From the NCBI RefSeq assembly GCF_009914755.1, contig NC_060941.1: 64,000 nucleotides of DNA; one strand, written 5' to 3'. Below are positions 42,506-57,342 of the stretch, piece after piece. The notes under the pieces were generated by a model. That model was not told where the DNA came from. It was given only the letters and a program-made list of their open reading frames with translations, and searched no databases. This DNA comes from the human T2T-CHM13v2.0 reference genome, Homo sapiens. Both the position numbers and the translations under genes were made by a program. The first letter of the stretch is position 1. Each line of letters begins with the position of its first letter.

Positions 42506-42597
42506 CTAAATGGTATCTATTAGGTCTCTTCCAGGTCTAAAACAAAAGTGATACACTTTTCCTTTTAATATCTTCTGACATACAGACCTACACTAAT

Positions 42598-42918
<321 letters not shown>

Positions 42919-43094
42919 TGACTTGTTTTAGTGTCTTTCCTATAGGGTAAACAACTAATTAGAAGCTTTAGAATAGTAATTCTTTTGGAATTAGGCACAG
43001 ATATCCCTCTGGGATAAAGTAAGAGATATGTGCAGAACTCTTGTTTTATGTGTGGTTATGAAATTTTTATTTTCAGTTGAAACAGGCTTTCTAA

Positions 43095-43255
43095 GATCAT
43101 GGTTGTCTATCAGTGACACCAGAATCACCTGGGGTGCTTGGTTAAAAGTGCAGATTCCTAGATCCTTCCTCAGATCTTCTGAATCAGAACCTCTAGGAAT
43201 GCATTTAAAACAAGTTCCATAAGAGGTTATTATTGCACACTAAAGTTTCAAGACC
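43095..43255. mobile_element. MER5A-like MITE
   Basis: CAGAATCACCTGGGGTGCTTGGTTAAAAGTGCAGATTCC. Confidence 0.7.
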
Positions 43256-46200
43256 AAATTAAAAAGAAAACAAATTAAGAGAGGTTTAGTACTAGTGAAA
43301 ACTTCCAGTAGTATGCAGGAAGCAGTTTCATTAAATTTAATAAATACCTTAAGGAACATTTCTGCTCACCATCTGTTCTTGCAGTGCAATAAATTAGACT
43401 GTATTTAGATCTATTTCCACTAAAAATACTTACAATCTGTGAACTGATTTTGTCTGTAAACAAATATATTGACAAACACTTCCTCTTGTTACAGATATGT
43501 AAATCTCAATGGGTATGTAAAACTCTAGACATTTATTAATGTCTATAATAAGATAGTAATAAGCACACTAGGACATTGGGTTCCATGACACAGGAGAATT
43601 AGGTTGTTTCACTGATATTTCTTGAACTGGGAGTTTGACTTCTTAGGGTCATTTGAGGCTTGGTAAAAGTTTTAGTTAAAGGTTGCTCTATTGGAGCAGG
43701 AATTTCATGAAATAATCAAAGTTGCTTTGTTTACCTGGATTGTTAGAATTGGGGCTTCATCTTTTTCTGGCAGAAATCCAAGATCTGTATGTCAACAGAT
43801 GACAGTGTCAGGCATTTGTAGAATATTCAGAAATCCTAAGGATGTTTTACAACAGTGTGTTCTGCTCCTAATCCCTATCGACTTAAAGCTTATATACCCA
43901 GCAATATTAGTAAAAACAGTCCTGCTTTGAAATTCTCAGAACTATACCATTGTTTGTGTTACCTTCAATCCATTGCAAAGCCTTAGAAAAGTCCATTCAC
44001 TTTAGGAATGAAATTTTCCTGAATTATAGCCAAGAAAAAAAGTCAAAAGAAAATGTATTTGTTTTAATGAGACTCTATCTTCTTGTGGTAATGTTTAAGT
44101 GTTCATTTGCTTCAGCTTGATCCAAAAAGCTTTTGTCTGCCTACTTTCTACGACAAAAGGGATTCATCTCTGTTAGGTCTCTAAAAACAACAGATAGAGA
44201 AGACACTGCTTACTTATTTGGAACAATTTTTATAGTGGTAGCCACTATATCTGAAAAATACAGTATCACTGCTGTTTGTAGGTTTTATATGTGCAATGTA
44301 ATTTACTACTTTTCATTGGGGCTCTTGAAAGACATAGATATAGAATTAAAGTGGACTTTAATTCTTACGTGCAATTTTGGACAACTGTAAAGTAGGTTAA
44401 GTTTGTATCATTCACTTTTCTTCATATTTTCTTTTCTTTTAGTATGCTTTGTAAAAAGTATCTTTTCCCTCTGACTCTTGATTTCTCCAGTGTTTGGGAT
44501 TGCATATTTGAAGGTCATTACCACCTTATTATGAATTGATAATGAAAAATATTTGCTCCTAAAATAGGATTACAAACTTTCAATAGCCTAATTATGATGG
44601 TGGTTACACATACTCATATATGTTAAAATTCATAAAACTATGTGCCAAAGAAGGTAAATTTTACTGTATGATATTTTTTAAAATATAAAACTTTTAAGCA
44701 GTAAAAAAAGAAAACTGTTAATGTTAGAATTTCAGACTATTCTACTTTACTACAAATTTCCTCTCTTTTCTCAACTAGTCTTGAACCATAATAACCTAGA
44801 ATGAGTTCAAATGAACCGGAAAGTAGATCTAAGAGACCCCAAACAGAAGCTTGTATCTTTTCCTGTATAATGCATACCCAGTTCTGCCTTGGTAGTGATC
44901 TCTGATAATTGCATATTCACTATGGGGTCTGTGTTGCAGTTTGAGATATCTTTTGGGCATTTTTCCTGTGACTCCTCTTTATTAGCTTTATGCATTAATG
45001 ATGGAACATTTAATCCATAAAGAGAGAGAAACACAAAGAGGTATTTCAAAGAATTACTTTCTCTACCACAGCTACATACAAGAGAAGACCAAGTTAGTAT
45101 AAATATTCAAGCCTTAAGGATACACAAACCAAGTAAAATTTCAAGAAGCGAGGGACACAGGCCTTTATTTTATTAATTTCTTGCATATTAAGTCGTGTAG
45201 TGTTCAAAGAATTTATGTAAACTATGTGACAAAAATCTATTGTGTGTGTTTCTATTGGAATGTGTTATTTGCAGAGTTCTGAAATCTGCTTCAAAGTACT
45301 TTTTGTATTTTTTTTAAAAAAAGCTTCAAAATGTCTTACTCATCCTTACAAGATGCCAGCAGTAGGATTTGGCAAGACAGAGGGAATGTTTCATCCTTGA
45401 TATGGGTCTTCCTGAGTTGCCAGGAGACAGTGGCTTCCTAGACAGCTGTCTGCTCATATTCTACACCAGCTGCCACCCATTTACTGAGCCATGTGCTTAT
45501 ATTATGCTAGGAAAACCCACAGGTGCTTCTGCACAGGTGATATTAGTAATATTAATCATCTTGTTGATTTATACTGAATATCAAATTTTGTCAAGCCAGT
45601 AAAACAGATTATGAGTGATGTGAGTGAATGGACAAGGAAAATATTTTTGTAGTATTCAAATGACTGTTACATCCAATGGAATTGTGGTAGGACTTTATCC
45701 AAACAGGTTCTACTCTTGTTCAACCTGAAGCATAATGATAATTTATGTACACTGACTAGTTTCATGTCCATCTCTAAACCTTACTCTGTTGAGTATGTAT
45801 ATATCCCATTATTAAATACTTAAGAAATTCAACCACTTATGGACTGCAAGATCATGGTCTCCCTGGATGACATCCTTGTATTCTACACCCTACCCTGCAA
45901 CTTGATATTAAATGAGTCTCTGGTTTGCTTCAATGATATAGAATGTTCCTAATGTTAGAGACTGAGGTAGAGTCCCTGAGTCAACTTCTCTCCAGCTAGG
46001 GCTGGGTATCTGGTAAAATGCCTGACAAGGTGTGGTTGTCCTGAAGTAGAAACTCCTAAGACTATTGAGAATGTCCAGAAATTTTTAGGATTTTCCGTAT
46101 AATTCCATTGATTCATTTAAAAGTATCCAGTGACAGCCTCAAAAGAAGATAATTTGTCTGTTCATAGAGTAGGTTGTGGCCTTCTAATGGCTGAAGACCT

Positions 46201-46402
46201 TATATGCAATTGCTTTGGTTTTTACATCCTCTGTGCTAACTCAGTCTTTCACCATCGAAACATGCTTCCCAGCTTCCCTGGGGCAGGGGGGATGGGGGGA
46301 GTGGGGAGTATGCTTACTCTGTTGGCCTCTGCCCTGCTCTTGCTTTTCCAAAAAGGTGGCTCAATTGGAACTCAACTCACCTCATTTAGAAATAGGAAAT
46401 CC

Positions 46403-46686
46403 TGGCTGGGCACGGTGGCTCACGCCTGTAATCTCAGCACTTTGGGAGGCCGAGGTGGGTGGATCACGAGGTCAGGAGTTCAAGACCAGCCTGGCCAACA
46501 TCGTGAAACCCTGTCTCTACTAAAAATACAAAATTTAGCCAGGTGTGGTGGCACACACCTGTAGTCCCAGCTACTCGAGAGTGGGAGAATTGCTTGAACA
46601 TGGGAGGCGGAGGTTGCAGTGAGCTGAGACCACACCATTGCACTCCAGCCTGAGTGAGAGAGTGAGATTCCATTTCAAAAAAAAAA
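46403..46686 (+). mobile_element. AluS
   Basis: TSD AGGAAATCCT. Confidence 0.9.
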
Positions 46687-47221
46687 GGAAATCCTCACCA
46701 TTGAGGCCAGCTGTAAAGCTTGGAGGCATTCTATCTGAGCTACCCAGCATATAGTCACAATGACCACTAAGCCCTGATTTAGTCCATCCTGGCCAGATAG
46801 GCTGCATTATTTATGCATAACAGTTTTACTACCATACATATTAACTAATCAAAACCACCAGCCAAGTGTCCTCTTTGGGAATCCAGAGTGCCAGCTTTCT
46901 CTGTCTAAAACATCCCTCCCTTTGTTTCTTTAGCTGGCTAAGTTCTCCTTGTCCTTCAGTAGTCAGCTATAGCACCACTTTTGTCACAGTTGGTCTGGAT
47001 TAAGTACTTTTTCTATATATTTCTTACATTTCTGAAACACCTGTAGGCTCATGTCAGCCCCCTTAGCACACTGTAATGTAATTGTTATTTACCTTCCCAT
47101 AATCCCTTTGAAGACAAGGGCTATCTTCTATTATACCTATATTTGAAACTGAGCACAATGCCTGGCATGAGCTGGGGCTCAATAAATGTTAGATGAATTA
47201 ATTAATAACTTAAACTTACTA

Positions 47222-47550
<329 letters not shown>

Positions 47551-47719
47551 TCAATTAGTATTTATTGCATAACTACTGAGTTCTCAGTGGTGAGCTATAC
47601 CTTATAGGGAAAAAATACAAAATTTGATTTTTGTCATGAAGAACTTATACAGTCTATTTGAGGAAATATAACTAAAACAGCCAGTTTTATCAAAAGCAGT
47701 TGTCCGTATACACTCTCCC

Positions 47720-48990
47720 CACTTCCCACACATTTTTTAACCTGTTACTTCTGGCTTTTGTGCCAGGCTTTCTCTAATAAATGGCACTTGCCAAAACCAC
47801 AATGTTTTCCATGCTTCTAGGCCCAGTAGAAAGTTTGCCATTTTTATCTTACTTGACCTCTTAGCATTATTTCCATCTTGAAATACTTTTTCCCTCCTCT
47901 TCCATGATATCATACTTGTCTAACTTTCCTTCTGTTTCTCTATTTAGTCCTTCTCAGTGTCCTTTTCTGGCTCATTCTCTGCTACTTGATCTTCAAATAT
48001 TAAAGTTCTTTAACCTGTCACTCTATATTCCATCCCTGAGTGCTCACATTCCAACATGACTTAAGTTACCATCTATACATTCATGACTTTTAGATTTATA
48101 TCTTTGGTTCAAACACCTTCTTTGAGCTCTATCCCAGTACATCCAACTATTTATTCAATATCTGTACTTGTATGTTTCATAAGCACCTCAGTTTCAAGAA
48201 GTCATTGTCCTCAAGCCAAAAACTAGCAAATCAACCTGGACACCTTCTGATGATCTCTCACTGTTCATTTCTAGTCAGTCATTAAGTCCTGGTGATTTCA
48301 CCTTCTTTTCTTAAATTTGTTCATTTCTGACCATCCCCCACTGCTTTCATCCTAGTCTGAGCTACCATTATCTCTTGCCTCCACTATTGCAATAGTTTCC
48401 TAATTGGTATGTTTACATCCAGTTGCCTTCTTCCAATCTATTCTTCATCCATAACTAAAGTGATTTTTTTAAAGGCTAATATTACCATGTTGTTCCCCAA
48501 TGTGAACCCTTTCAGTGGTACCCTTTTACCCTCAGAATAAAGAACAAAATTCTTAACTAAGCCTATGAGACCTTCTTTGGATGACCTTGTCCTTGCCTGC
48601 TTTTCCAAGCTTGGCTCCTGCCTCTCTCCCCACACTATACTCCAGGCACAGAGGATTTCTTTCGTTCTTAAACATACTGTGCTTCTCCCTACCTCAGGGT
48701 CTTCACATATGCCATTCCCTCTGCCTATACTACTTTCTTCCTCTTTACTTAATCCTACCCATCCTTTAGAGTTCAGGCTCAGACACCATTTCATCATGAA
48801 ATTGGGTTGGGATCTTCCCTTATGTGCTCTCATAGCATCCTGTGTTTCTCCTTCATTGCACTTATCACAGTTGTGATGGTGGTTTCCTCTGCTACAATAT
48901 AAGCAGGAACTATGTCTGTCATAGTCACCACTGAATCCTCAGCATCTAACACTGTGTCTTATGAGTAATGCTCAATAAATGTTTGTTAAT
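47720..48990 (+). mobile_element. L2 fragment
   Basis: Degenerate L2 3' region ending CTCAATAAATGTTTG. Confidence 0.7.
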
Positions 48991-49484
48991 TAACCTATTC
49001 CAGTCTGCCTTAATGATGAAAGTTTTCTTCTGTTTTTATTTTATTTTTGCTTTTTTGTTTTTAGATACATAAGATTATTATGAGATATGTCTTAAAGCTC
49101 AATAACTATGGGAGAGTCACCTCATTTTCACACATCCCTTAATTTAGAGTAATTGAATTTTTAACTTTGAAATATCTGGAATTAATCATCACTATTTAAT
49201 GAGGATGCTATGATAAATGTTCTTTATCATTTTATAAAATTCTGAAGAGGCCTAATTATTCATCTGCTTAAATATTATTGATTAATTACTTAGATTTTTC
49301 TTAAATCATTAAATTATATCAGCATCCTCATTTATGTAGTAAGATATAAATTGAATAAGCAAAGAGAAAATAAGTAAGTATAAGAAGTAAGTAGGCATAT
49401 ATTTCATATATGGATTTTTAATAGGAATACTCATCATGGGACTAATATGGACATACTCCAGGAATGGCAAGAAATTCAGTTTAG

Positions 49485-49740
49485 CGGCTGGGCACGGTGG
49501 CTCATGCCTGTAATCCCAGCACTCTGGGAGGCCGAGGCGGATGGATCACAAGGTCAGGAGATCGACGCCATCCTGGCTAACATAGTGAAACCCCATCTCT
49601 ACTAAAAATACAAAAAATTAGCCGGGAGGCTGAGGCAGAAGAATCGCTTGAACCTGGGAGGTGGAGGTTGCAGTGAGCCAAGCACCACTGCATTCCAGCC
49701 TAGGTGACAGAGCAAGACTGTCTCAAAAAAAAAAGAAAGA
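49485..49740 (+). mobile_element. AluSc-like with internal deletion
   Basis: TSD AAGAAATTCAGTTTAGC. Confidence 0.88.
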
Positions 49741-51771
49741 AAGAAATTCAGTTTAGCTTTGTGAAACTAAGACCACCAGAGCTTAAAAACACCTTCAAAC
49801 AAACAAACACTGAGTTTATTAACTTGCCAGGCAAAGGAATATACACCAGTGAAGACTTCACTGAATGGTATGTGGAAGGGGGAAATTCAGGGGCTTTTAA
49901 TTGTTTTATAATAGCTATACTTATAAGAACTAAAAACTTATCACATTGTATAGGACAGAGTGAGTCCATAGATCTGTACATGATTGATTAAAACAAGTCC
50001 CAGTTTTTAGTGGTCAAGAAAGGGTCTTCAGTTACGTATAGCAATGATCTGGTATACTGAGGTCACTCAAAGTTCATGGTCAATTATCCACTTAAGCTGA
50101 TTAGAACCAATTTTGATGTAATACAACTTTCACTTTTGATATAATCTAGGCAAATGTTTCTGTAAATAGAAGATTTTCCTTATACAGCTTGAATTGATGG
50201 ATAGAATTTGGATTGTCACAACTAGGTGGGGAAGCATTTTTACTTCTACTCTTTAATCAGATTTATATTATGCTTTTCTTTAAAAGGTCTCGAAACACTC
50301 ATTCATATAGGAAAACTCTTTTCTTAGTTAGCTTTTGCTGCATAACAAAATACTCCAAAACTTCATGGCTTAAAGCAATAGAATTTATTTGCTCATGATT
50401 TTGTAGATTGGTAACTTTGAGCTGGGCTCATGGCCCATCTCTGTTCCACATGGTATCAATTAGACTCACTCATGAGATGCAGTAAGATGAAACCTTTCAA
50501 TGATATCCCTTTACTTTCAGAATAACAACCAAAAGTGATGACCTCAATCACTTTTGTAGTGGTTGGCAGTCTCTTTGCAAAAGCAATGGAAGTAACTGGA
50601 TCATCATCCAGCAGGCGAGCCCATGCTCATTTCCATGATGGTATTGTAGTGGAAGGGCTCCCAAGTTCAATAAAAGAGGGCAAGCCCCAGTGTTCAAGTA
50701 CTTTTCAACTTTCTGCTTACATTCTGTTTTCTAATGGCCCATTGGCCAAAGCATGTCACATGGCCAGAAGCAGACAAGGAGTACAGGAACAGACTCCACT
50801 TCTTCATGGGAGGAGCTGCAAAGTTATGTTGCATTCATAGAGACATGCATATAGGAATGGGAAGAATTTATGACTATTTTTGCAATTTTTCCATAATGTA
50901 GTTTTTCTTCCCTTCCAGTCCCCTTACACTTAGAATGAATCTGCTTATAGGTTATGTCTACCCTGTACTGCCCAAATTAAGAGTTTTGGATGCTTTAGAA
51001 TTCTCTGGATTAATGTAAAGTAAACATCTTCATGAGATAATGCAGGCTACAGAAGACAAATTTTATTAATTCCCTGAATGGGTGACACAATCAATTTAAA
51101 ATCCATTTGGATTATATTTTGAGTCTCATGTACAGTGGCCCAGAAGCACAAAAGTAGATTTTGTTTCTAGATATGGACATCAATAAATGGGAGGAAATGA
51201 TGTCTGAGGTGAGACCTAAAGCATGTGGAGGATCTAGTCAGGCAAAGAGAGGGAGAAAAATATTTCAAGCAGATGGGAAAATGACAGAAAACCAATTTTG
51301 TGTATTCATTTTTGTGTCACATGAGAATCTGGAGACACTTAGTACTTACCCTAAAATTCGTTTACTTATCTGTTCTGCCATTGGACCCTAAGCTTTATAA
51401 TGGCAGAATCCATAGTAGGTGCCGAATAAATATTTATATAATGAATGAGTGAGTGAGTGGTTTAGTGAGTGAGTGTATGAATGAATAATGCAAAAGAGCT
51501 GGGTGAAAAACACAGATACAGAAGACAGAGCCACAGAGGAATGAAAACAGAAATTGAGAAGAATCCTAGCTAGAGATGAGGGGGAAAGGAAAAAGCAGCA
51601 GAGGATGAAACAGATAAATAGCAGAAGGGGAGACAAGCAGAAGAAGCAGAAGAAGACAAGCAGACAAGCTCTCAGAACTTTGGTAGCTGACCGGTAGAGC
51701 TGACTGGTAGAGATTTGGTTGGTTAGCAATTGCATCAGAGAAACTTAGCACTCCTTTAAAATACTCATTAA

Positions 51772-52147
<376 letters not shown>

Positions 52148-52654
52148 TTATTTTCAAACTTCAAAGTTCATTTTTGAACACTTGTTTTTCTAGAGAATTT
52201 TGAAGGCCTTATATAGGCATAAGGTAATGACTTAGATTTTAGTAGTTTCTTTGGTTCATCAGATGTATCCAATTTACCAGTTCCCACTGAAAATCTTTTT
52301 GCATTTTAAAATATGTCAGATTGTCTTAGTCTTTCTTCTTTGAAAGATGAAGACTTGCCTCCAACATTGTTGGGAAAAAATTGTACTTGAAACCAGCGAC
52401 TATTTTTATTATTCTGAGCCATTCTATTTGATTTCAATCAAAACCAGTTTGGGGTTTTTGGAGTCCTAATAGGAGTGATGCACATAGGTACAATTAAAAG
52501 CACAGTTTTTCCCCCATTCTCAACCTGGGTGATGCAGTTCTGGCTGCAAGGGTAACTCTTATGCTCAGCACTTCAGCAGTGGCTGGCAAAGCATGAGACT
52601 TTGGCTAGATAAAGGCAATTAGCTGAGATATACCCCTAGACAGATTTCTCAGAA

Positions 52655-52730
52655 GTTTGATCCAAGGCATCAGAATGACCTGAGATGCTTGTTATAAATG
52701 CATCTTCTAGGCTTCCACCCTAGACATGAA
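52655..52730. mobile_element. MER5-like hAT MITE fragment that served as the HML-3 insertion site
   Basis: GCATCAGAATGACCTGAGATGCTTGTTATAAATGCA...CCACCCTAGAC resembles MER5; resumes weakly after 59092. Confidence 0.6.
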
Positions 52731-53225
52731 TGCTGAGACCAGCTCAGTCATGGAGACCCTAACCCAGTGGCACTAGAGGAATTAAAGACACACACACAGA
52801 AATAAAGTGTGGAGTGGGAAATAAGGGCTGACAGCCTTCAGAGCCGAGAGCCTGGAACAGAGTTTTACCCACATATTTACTGACAGCAAGCCAGTGATAA
52901 GCATTGTTTCTATGGATTGTAGGTTAACTAAAATGGGAAACAAAGGGATGGGCTGAAACAAAGGGATGGACTCTGGCTAGTTATCTGCAGCAGGAACATG
53001 TCCTTAAGGCACAGATCGCTTATGCTATTGTTTGTGGCTTAGGAACGCCTTAGGTGGTTTTCCACCCTGAGTGAGCCAGGTGTTCCTTGCCCTCTTTCCG
53101 GTAAACTCACAACCTTCAGCATGGGGATCATGGCCATCAGGAACATGTCACAGTGCTGCAGAGATTTTGTTTATGGCCAGTTTTGGGGTCAGTTTATGGC
53201 CAGATTTGGGGTCCTGTTCCCAACA
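52731..53225 (-). repeat. 3' LTR (MER9) of the HML-3 provirus
   Basis: Direct repeat of 58591-59091; preceded on the minus strand by the purine tract CAAAAACAAAAATGGGGAACA (53226-53246). Confidence 0.95.
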
Positions 53226-53289
53226 TGTTCCCCATTTTTGTTTTTGCAAGACGATAAAAGCAAAGGCGGCTTTATCACAGTGAGCTACT

Positions 53290-53969
53290 TCTTTCAGTAG
53301 TCAGGATCTGCATCTACAGACTATACAAAGACAAACAATACAGATTAAAAGCACAATCATCATTGAAATCACAGAGCTTCCAAGTGTTTTTATCCAGTCT
53401 AATGGGTTAATAGCTGCTAATCCATCTGTAGCTCCTTCAAGCGCTCCAGTTCCTGGCATTAAGGTCAGGTGTGTCTGGGATACTTTAAATATTTGTTCTT
53501 TTAATTTTGCAATATCCAAAGACAAGTTTGTAGAGTGTCCTTCTAGACGTTTTTTATTCTTTCCCAAATTTTGATCTTATTAAGAGCCATGAATAGTTTC
53601 CACAAGTCCTTATGTTTAGCTCCTACAGCGGGCCATATCATTTGAGGTTGAGGTGCCACTATATGGCCATGTTTCCAGATAATAGGAACTCTTGCCATAC
53701 TTCTTACCATTTCTACCATCTGACCATTTTGTTTAGACCAGCTGAACATAGTGTGGCCATGGCACGCAGACTGAGAGGTGAAATTCAAGGTAAACATCCC
53801 CTTAGGGGACCAATCAATAATGATTCCATAGGAATCGTTGTGCAGCACCTCTCTGCCTGTTCTGCAGTGCAATCTTCCCAAACAAGTACATTCATTATTT
53901 CTGGCCAGGTCCAATTCTGCTTACAAATAGGTTTTTGAGGGTGGTATGCCTCAATTATAGGAGTATATT

Positions 53970-54000
<31 letters not shown>

Positions 54001-54690
54001 GAGACGGAGTCTCGCTGTCGCCCAGGCTGGAGTGCAGTGGCGCAATCTCGGCTCACTGCAGGCTCCGCCCCCTGGGGTTCACGCCATTCTCCTGCCTCAG
54101 CCTCCCGAGCAGCTGGGACTATAGGCACCCGCCACCTCGCCCGGCTAATTTTTTGTATTTTTAGTAGAGACAGGGTTTCACCGTGTTAGCCAGGATGGTC
54201 TCGATCTCCTGACCTCGTGATCCGCCCGCCTCGGCCTCCCAAAGTGCTGGGATTACAGGCGTGAGCCACCGCGCCCGGCCGAGTATATTCATTTTGATAA
54301 ATACTGAGACCAGAAAGCATGTGTAACTGTGCCATAGAGTGATTACGTCCAGGCATTATTGCCAGCCAAGATTGATAAATATGCCCAATAAGTATAATTG
54401 TTCTCTGTGTCAGCCCTTGTTGAAGGAATACTCATGGCAGTGGTGATCACCACTATCATAGCTATCATTAAATTACTCATTGTGACTGATTATCCCACTT
54501 TCCTCAGGTTTTCTTCCACCATCTGTGACACCTTCTTGATCTGTCCCCAGGTAGGTGGCTGTGTTCGACAGGTGTTGCTTGTGACAGTTGGAGTCTTCCT
54601 CAGCGTCAGTCTTGATATGTCTGCAACCGGTGGGTCTTTGGGATCTTCCCAAAACCTCTTCCTGGGTATCTGGATCTTAGTAAGGCTTTA
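53290..54690 (-). pseudogene. HML-3 env remnant, interrupted by an Alu
   Basis: GIIIDWSPKG and DLWKL (SU); NLSLDIAKLKEQIF and the hydrophobic anchor IVLLICIVCLCIV (TM). Confidence 0.85.
53976..54280 (-). mobile_element. Young AluY (AluYe-like) inside HML-3 env
   Basis: CpG-rich, pure ~29-nt A tail, TSD GAGTATATTCATTTT at 53961 and 54281; Ye-type diagnostics GGGCGAGG, CCCCAGGGGGCGGAGCCTG, GACAGCGAGAC. Confidence 0.9.
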
Positions 54691-57210
54691 GATGTCTCGA
54701 TCGCACCCAAATTGGCTGTTGATTCAATCCTGGAGAAATACAAGCATAACCTCTACCCCAAGTTATTATTTTACCTATTTCCCAACTTTTTATTATCAGA
54801 TCTCTCCACCAAACCAGTTGTTCTGCTTCTGTCTTTGCAGCTGGTTTCTGTAGATGCTGTTCAGCTGCTGATAGTATTTGGTCTTTAGGCAGGCTAAAAA
54901 AATTTACAGTCAATAATGCTAGATTCAGTTGCATATGTGGTGTCCCATAATCCCTGTTTTCCCCCCTCTGCTTTTGCAATTGGTGTTTCAGGGAGAGATT
55001 CATTCTTTCCACTATGGCTTGTCCTTGAGAATTATATGGGGTATCAGTAATGTGTTTAATATTCCATATAGAGAAAAATGTAACTAGAGCTTGTCTAGTA
55101 TATACTGGGGCATTGTCTGTTTTAATAGAAACTGGAATGCCCATACCACAAAGCACTGCAAAAGGTGATGTTTAACACGGGCAGAAGACTCTCCTGTTGG
55201 CATGTAGCCCAGATGAAGTGAGAAAAGGTGTCCACACATACATGTACATAAGCTAGTCTCCCAAACGAGGGAACATGTGTGACATCCATTTGCCAAAGAG
55301 AATTAGGTTCCAATCCTCGAGGATTAACTCCTCCTGTGAAAGATGAGGAATGCACCATTTGGCAAGTTGGGCATCGCTGGATAATGGCTTTAGCTTCTTT
55401 CCAGGTAATGCAAGTATCTGTGTTTGAGACCAAAGGCTCAATTTAACATGGGTTAAATTGTGAAAGTGTCTAGCATTAGGTATTGCAGTAGCAACTAGGT
55501 GATCAGCCATTTGATTCCCTTCAGTTAAAGGTCCTGGAAGAGGTGTATGAGCCCTAATGTGAGTGATGTAAAAAGGGTGCATTCTACTCCTAACTGCTGT
55601 TTGCAATTGGGTAAATAAAATCATCAGTTGTTCATCTGTATGAAATCATAACTGAGCATTTTCAATTAATTGTGTGGAATGAACCATGTATGAAGAATCA
55701 GAAGTCAAATGAATAGGCATATTAAAAGCAGTCAATACCTCAGTTACAGCTACAAGCTCCACTTTTTGAGCTGAAGTATAGGGTGTCTGGAAAACTTTAC
55801 CCTTCGAGCCAGAATAAGAAGCTTTACCATTAGTAGACCCATCTGTAAAAACATTCTCAGCACCTTCAATTGGTTTAAATTTAGTTATTTTAGGGAGAAT
55901 CCAATTAGTTAATTTCAAAAATTGAAACAGTTTTGTTTTTAGGAAAATGATTATCGAGAATACTCACAAAGTCAGTTAAATGGGTTTTCCAAGTAAGACT
56001 ATTTATAAAAGCTTGCTGTATTTGTGCCTTTGTGAGAGTGACAATAATTTTTCCAGGATCATATCCATGTAATTTAACTATCTGAGTTCTCCCATTTCCT
56101 ATCATAGTAGCAATTTGATCCAAAAAAGGAGTTAGAGTCCATGAATTAGTATGTGGAAGAAAAAGTCACTCTACAAGATCTTGCTCTTGAACAATAACAC
56201 CAGTAGGTGAATGCTGAGTTGAAAAAAATTAGCAAATCTAGAGTCTTCTCTGGATCTATTCTATTTATTTGAGTCTTATGCACTTGCTTTTCAATCAGCT
56301 GCAACTCTGCCTCAGCCTCCTTTGTTAATTGCCGAGGGTTAGTGAGACTAGAATCTCCTCTAAGGATAGAAAATAGATTACGTATGGCATAGGTAGGAAT
56401 GCCTAGAGCAGGTCGTATCCAATTAATGTCCCCTAGTAATTTTTGAAAGTCATTTAATGTTTTCAATTGATCCCTACATATGGTTACTTTCTGTGGCACT
56501 ATTGTAGGGTCATTTACTAAGGTCCCCAAGTAGGAATAAGTCTGAATTTTGTCAGGAGCTATAATTAAACTGGCGTGAGAAATCGAGTTTTGCAAGTGAT
56601 CATAACATTGGAATAATATTTCTTGAGTGGGGGCAAGCACAAAGTATATCATCCATATAATGAATAATGTAACACTGTGAAAATTTTTTACGAGTAGGTT
56701 CAATTGCTTGACCTACATACGTCTGGCAAATTGTTGGACTGTTTAACATGCCTTGTGGCAACACTTTCCAATGAAAACACTTAGCAGGCCGCAGGTTGTT
56801 TACCACAGGAATTGTAAATGGAAACTGTTCACAGTCTAGCTCAGCTAAGGGAATAGTAAAGACACAGTCTTTTAAGTCTATGACTATTAAAGGCCAATTT
56901 TTTGGAATCATAGCAGGAGAAGACAGTCCTGGCTGCCATGTCCCCATAGGTTGTATAACTGAATTAATGGCTCTTAAGTCAGTTAACATTCTCTATTTAC
57001 CTGATTTTTTCTTAATTATGAAAACTGGAGAATTCCAAGGGGAAAATCTTGGAGCTATGTGTCCTTTTTCTAATTGTTCAGTAACTAAGTCCTCCAAAGC
57101 CTCCAGTTTCTCTTTACTTAGTGGCCATTGTTCTATCCAAATTGGCTTATCTGTTAACCATTTTAAAGGTATAGGTTCTGGAGGCTTAACAATGGCTGCC
57201 ATAAAAAATG
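54677..57210 (-). pseudogene. HML-3 pol remnant (RT, RNase H, integrase), frameshifted
   Basis: [50 protein letters not shown] spread over several frames. Confidence 0.92.
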
Positions 57211-57342
57211 ATATCCTAAACCTTGGCGGGAACTTTGTCTTTCTGCTTGAAGCAGTTCCTACAAACCTTGCGAATTTTTTCCTAGTCCTACACCAGGGAC
57301 ACACCCGATTTCATGCATCATATGTTGACTTTGAGGACTATA

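Noticed and set aside
46762-46772. ACCACTAAGC, reverse complement of 483-492
   Set aside because: A single 10-mer match is compatible with chance in 64 kb and flanking similarity is absent
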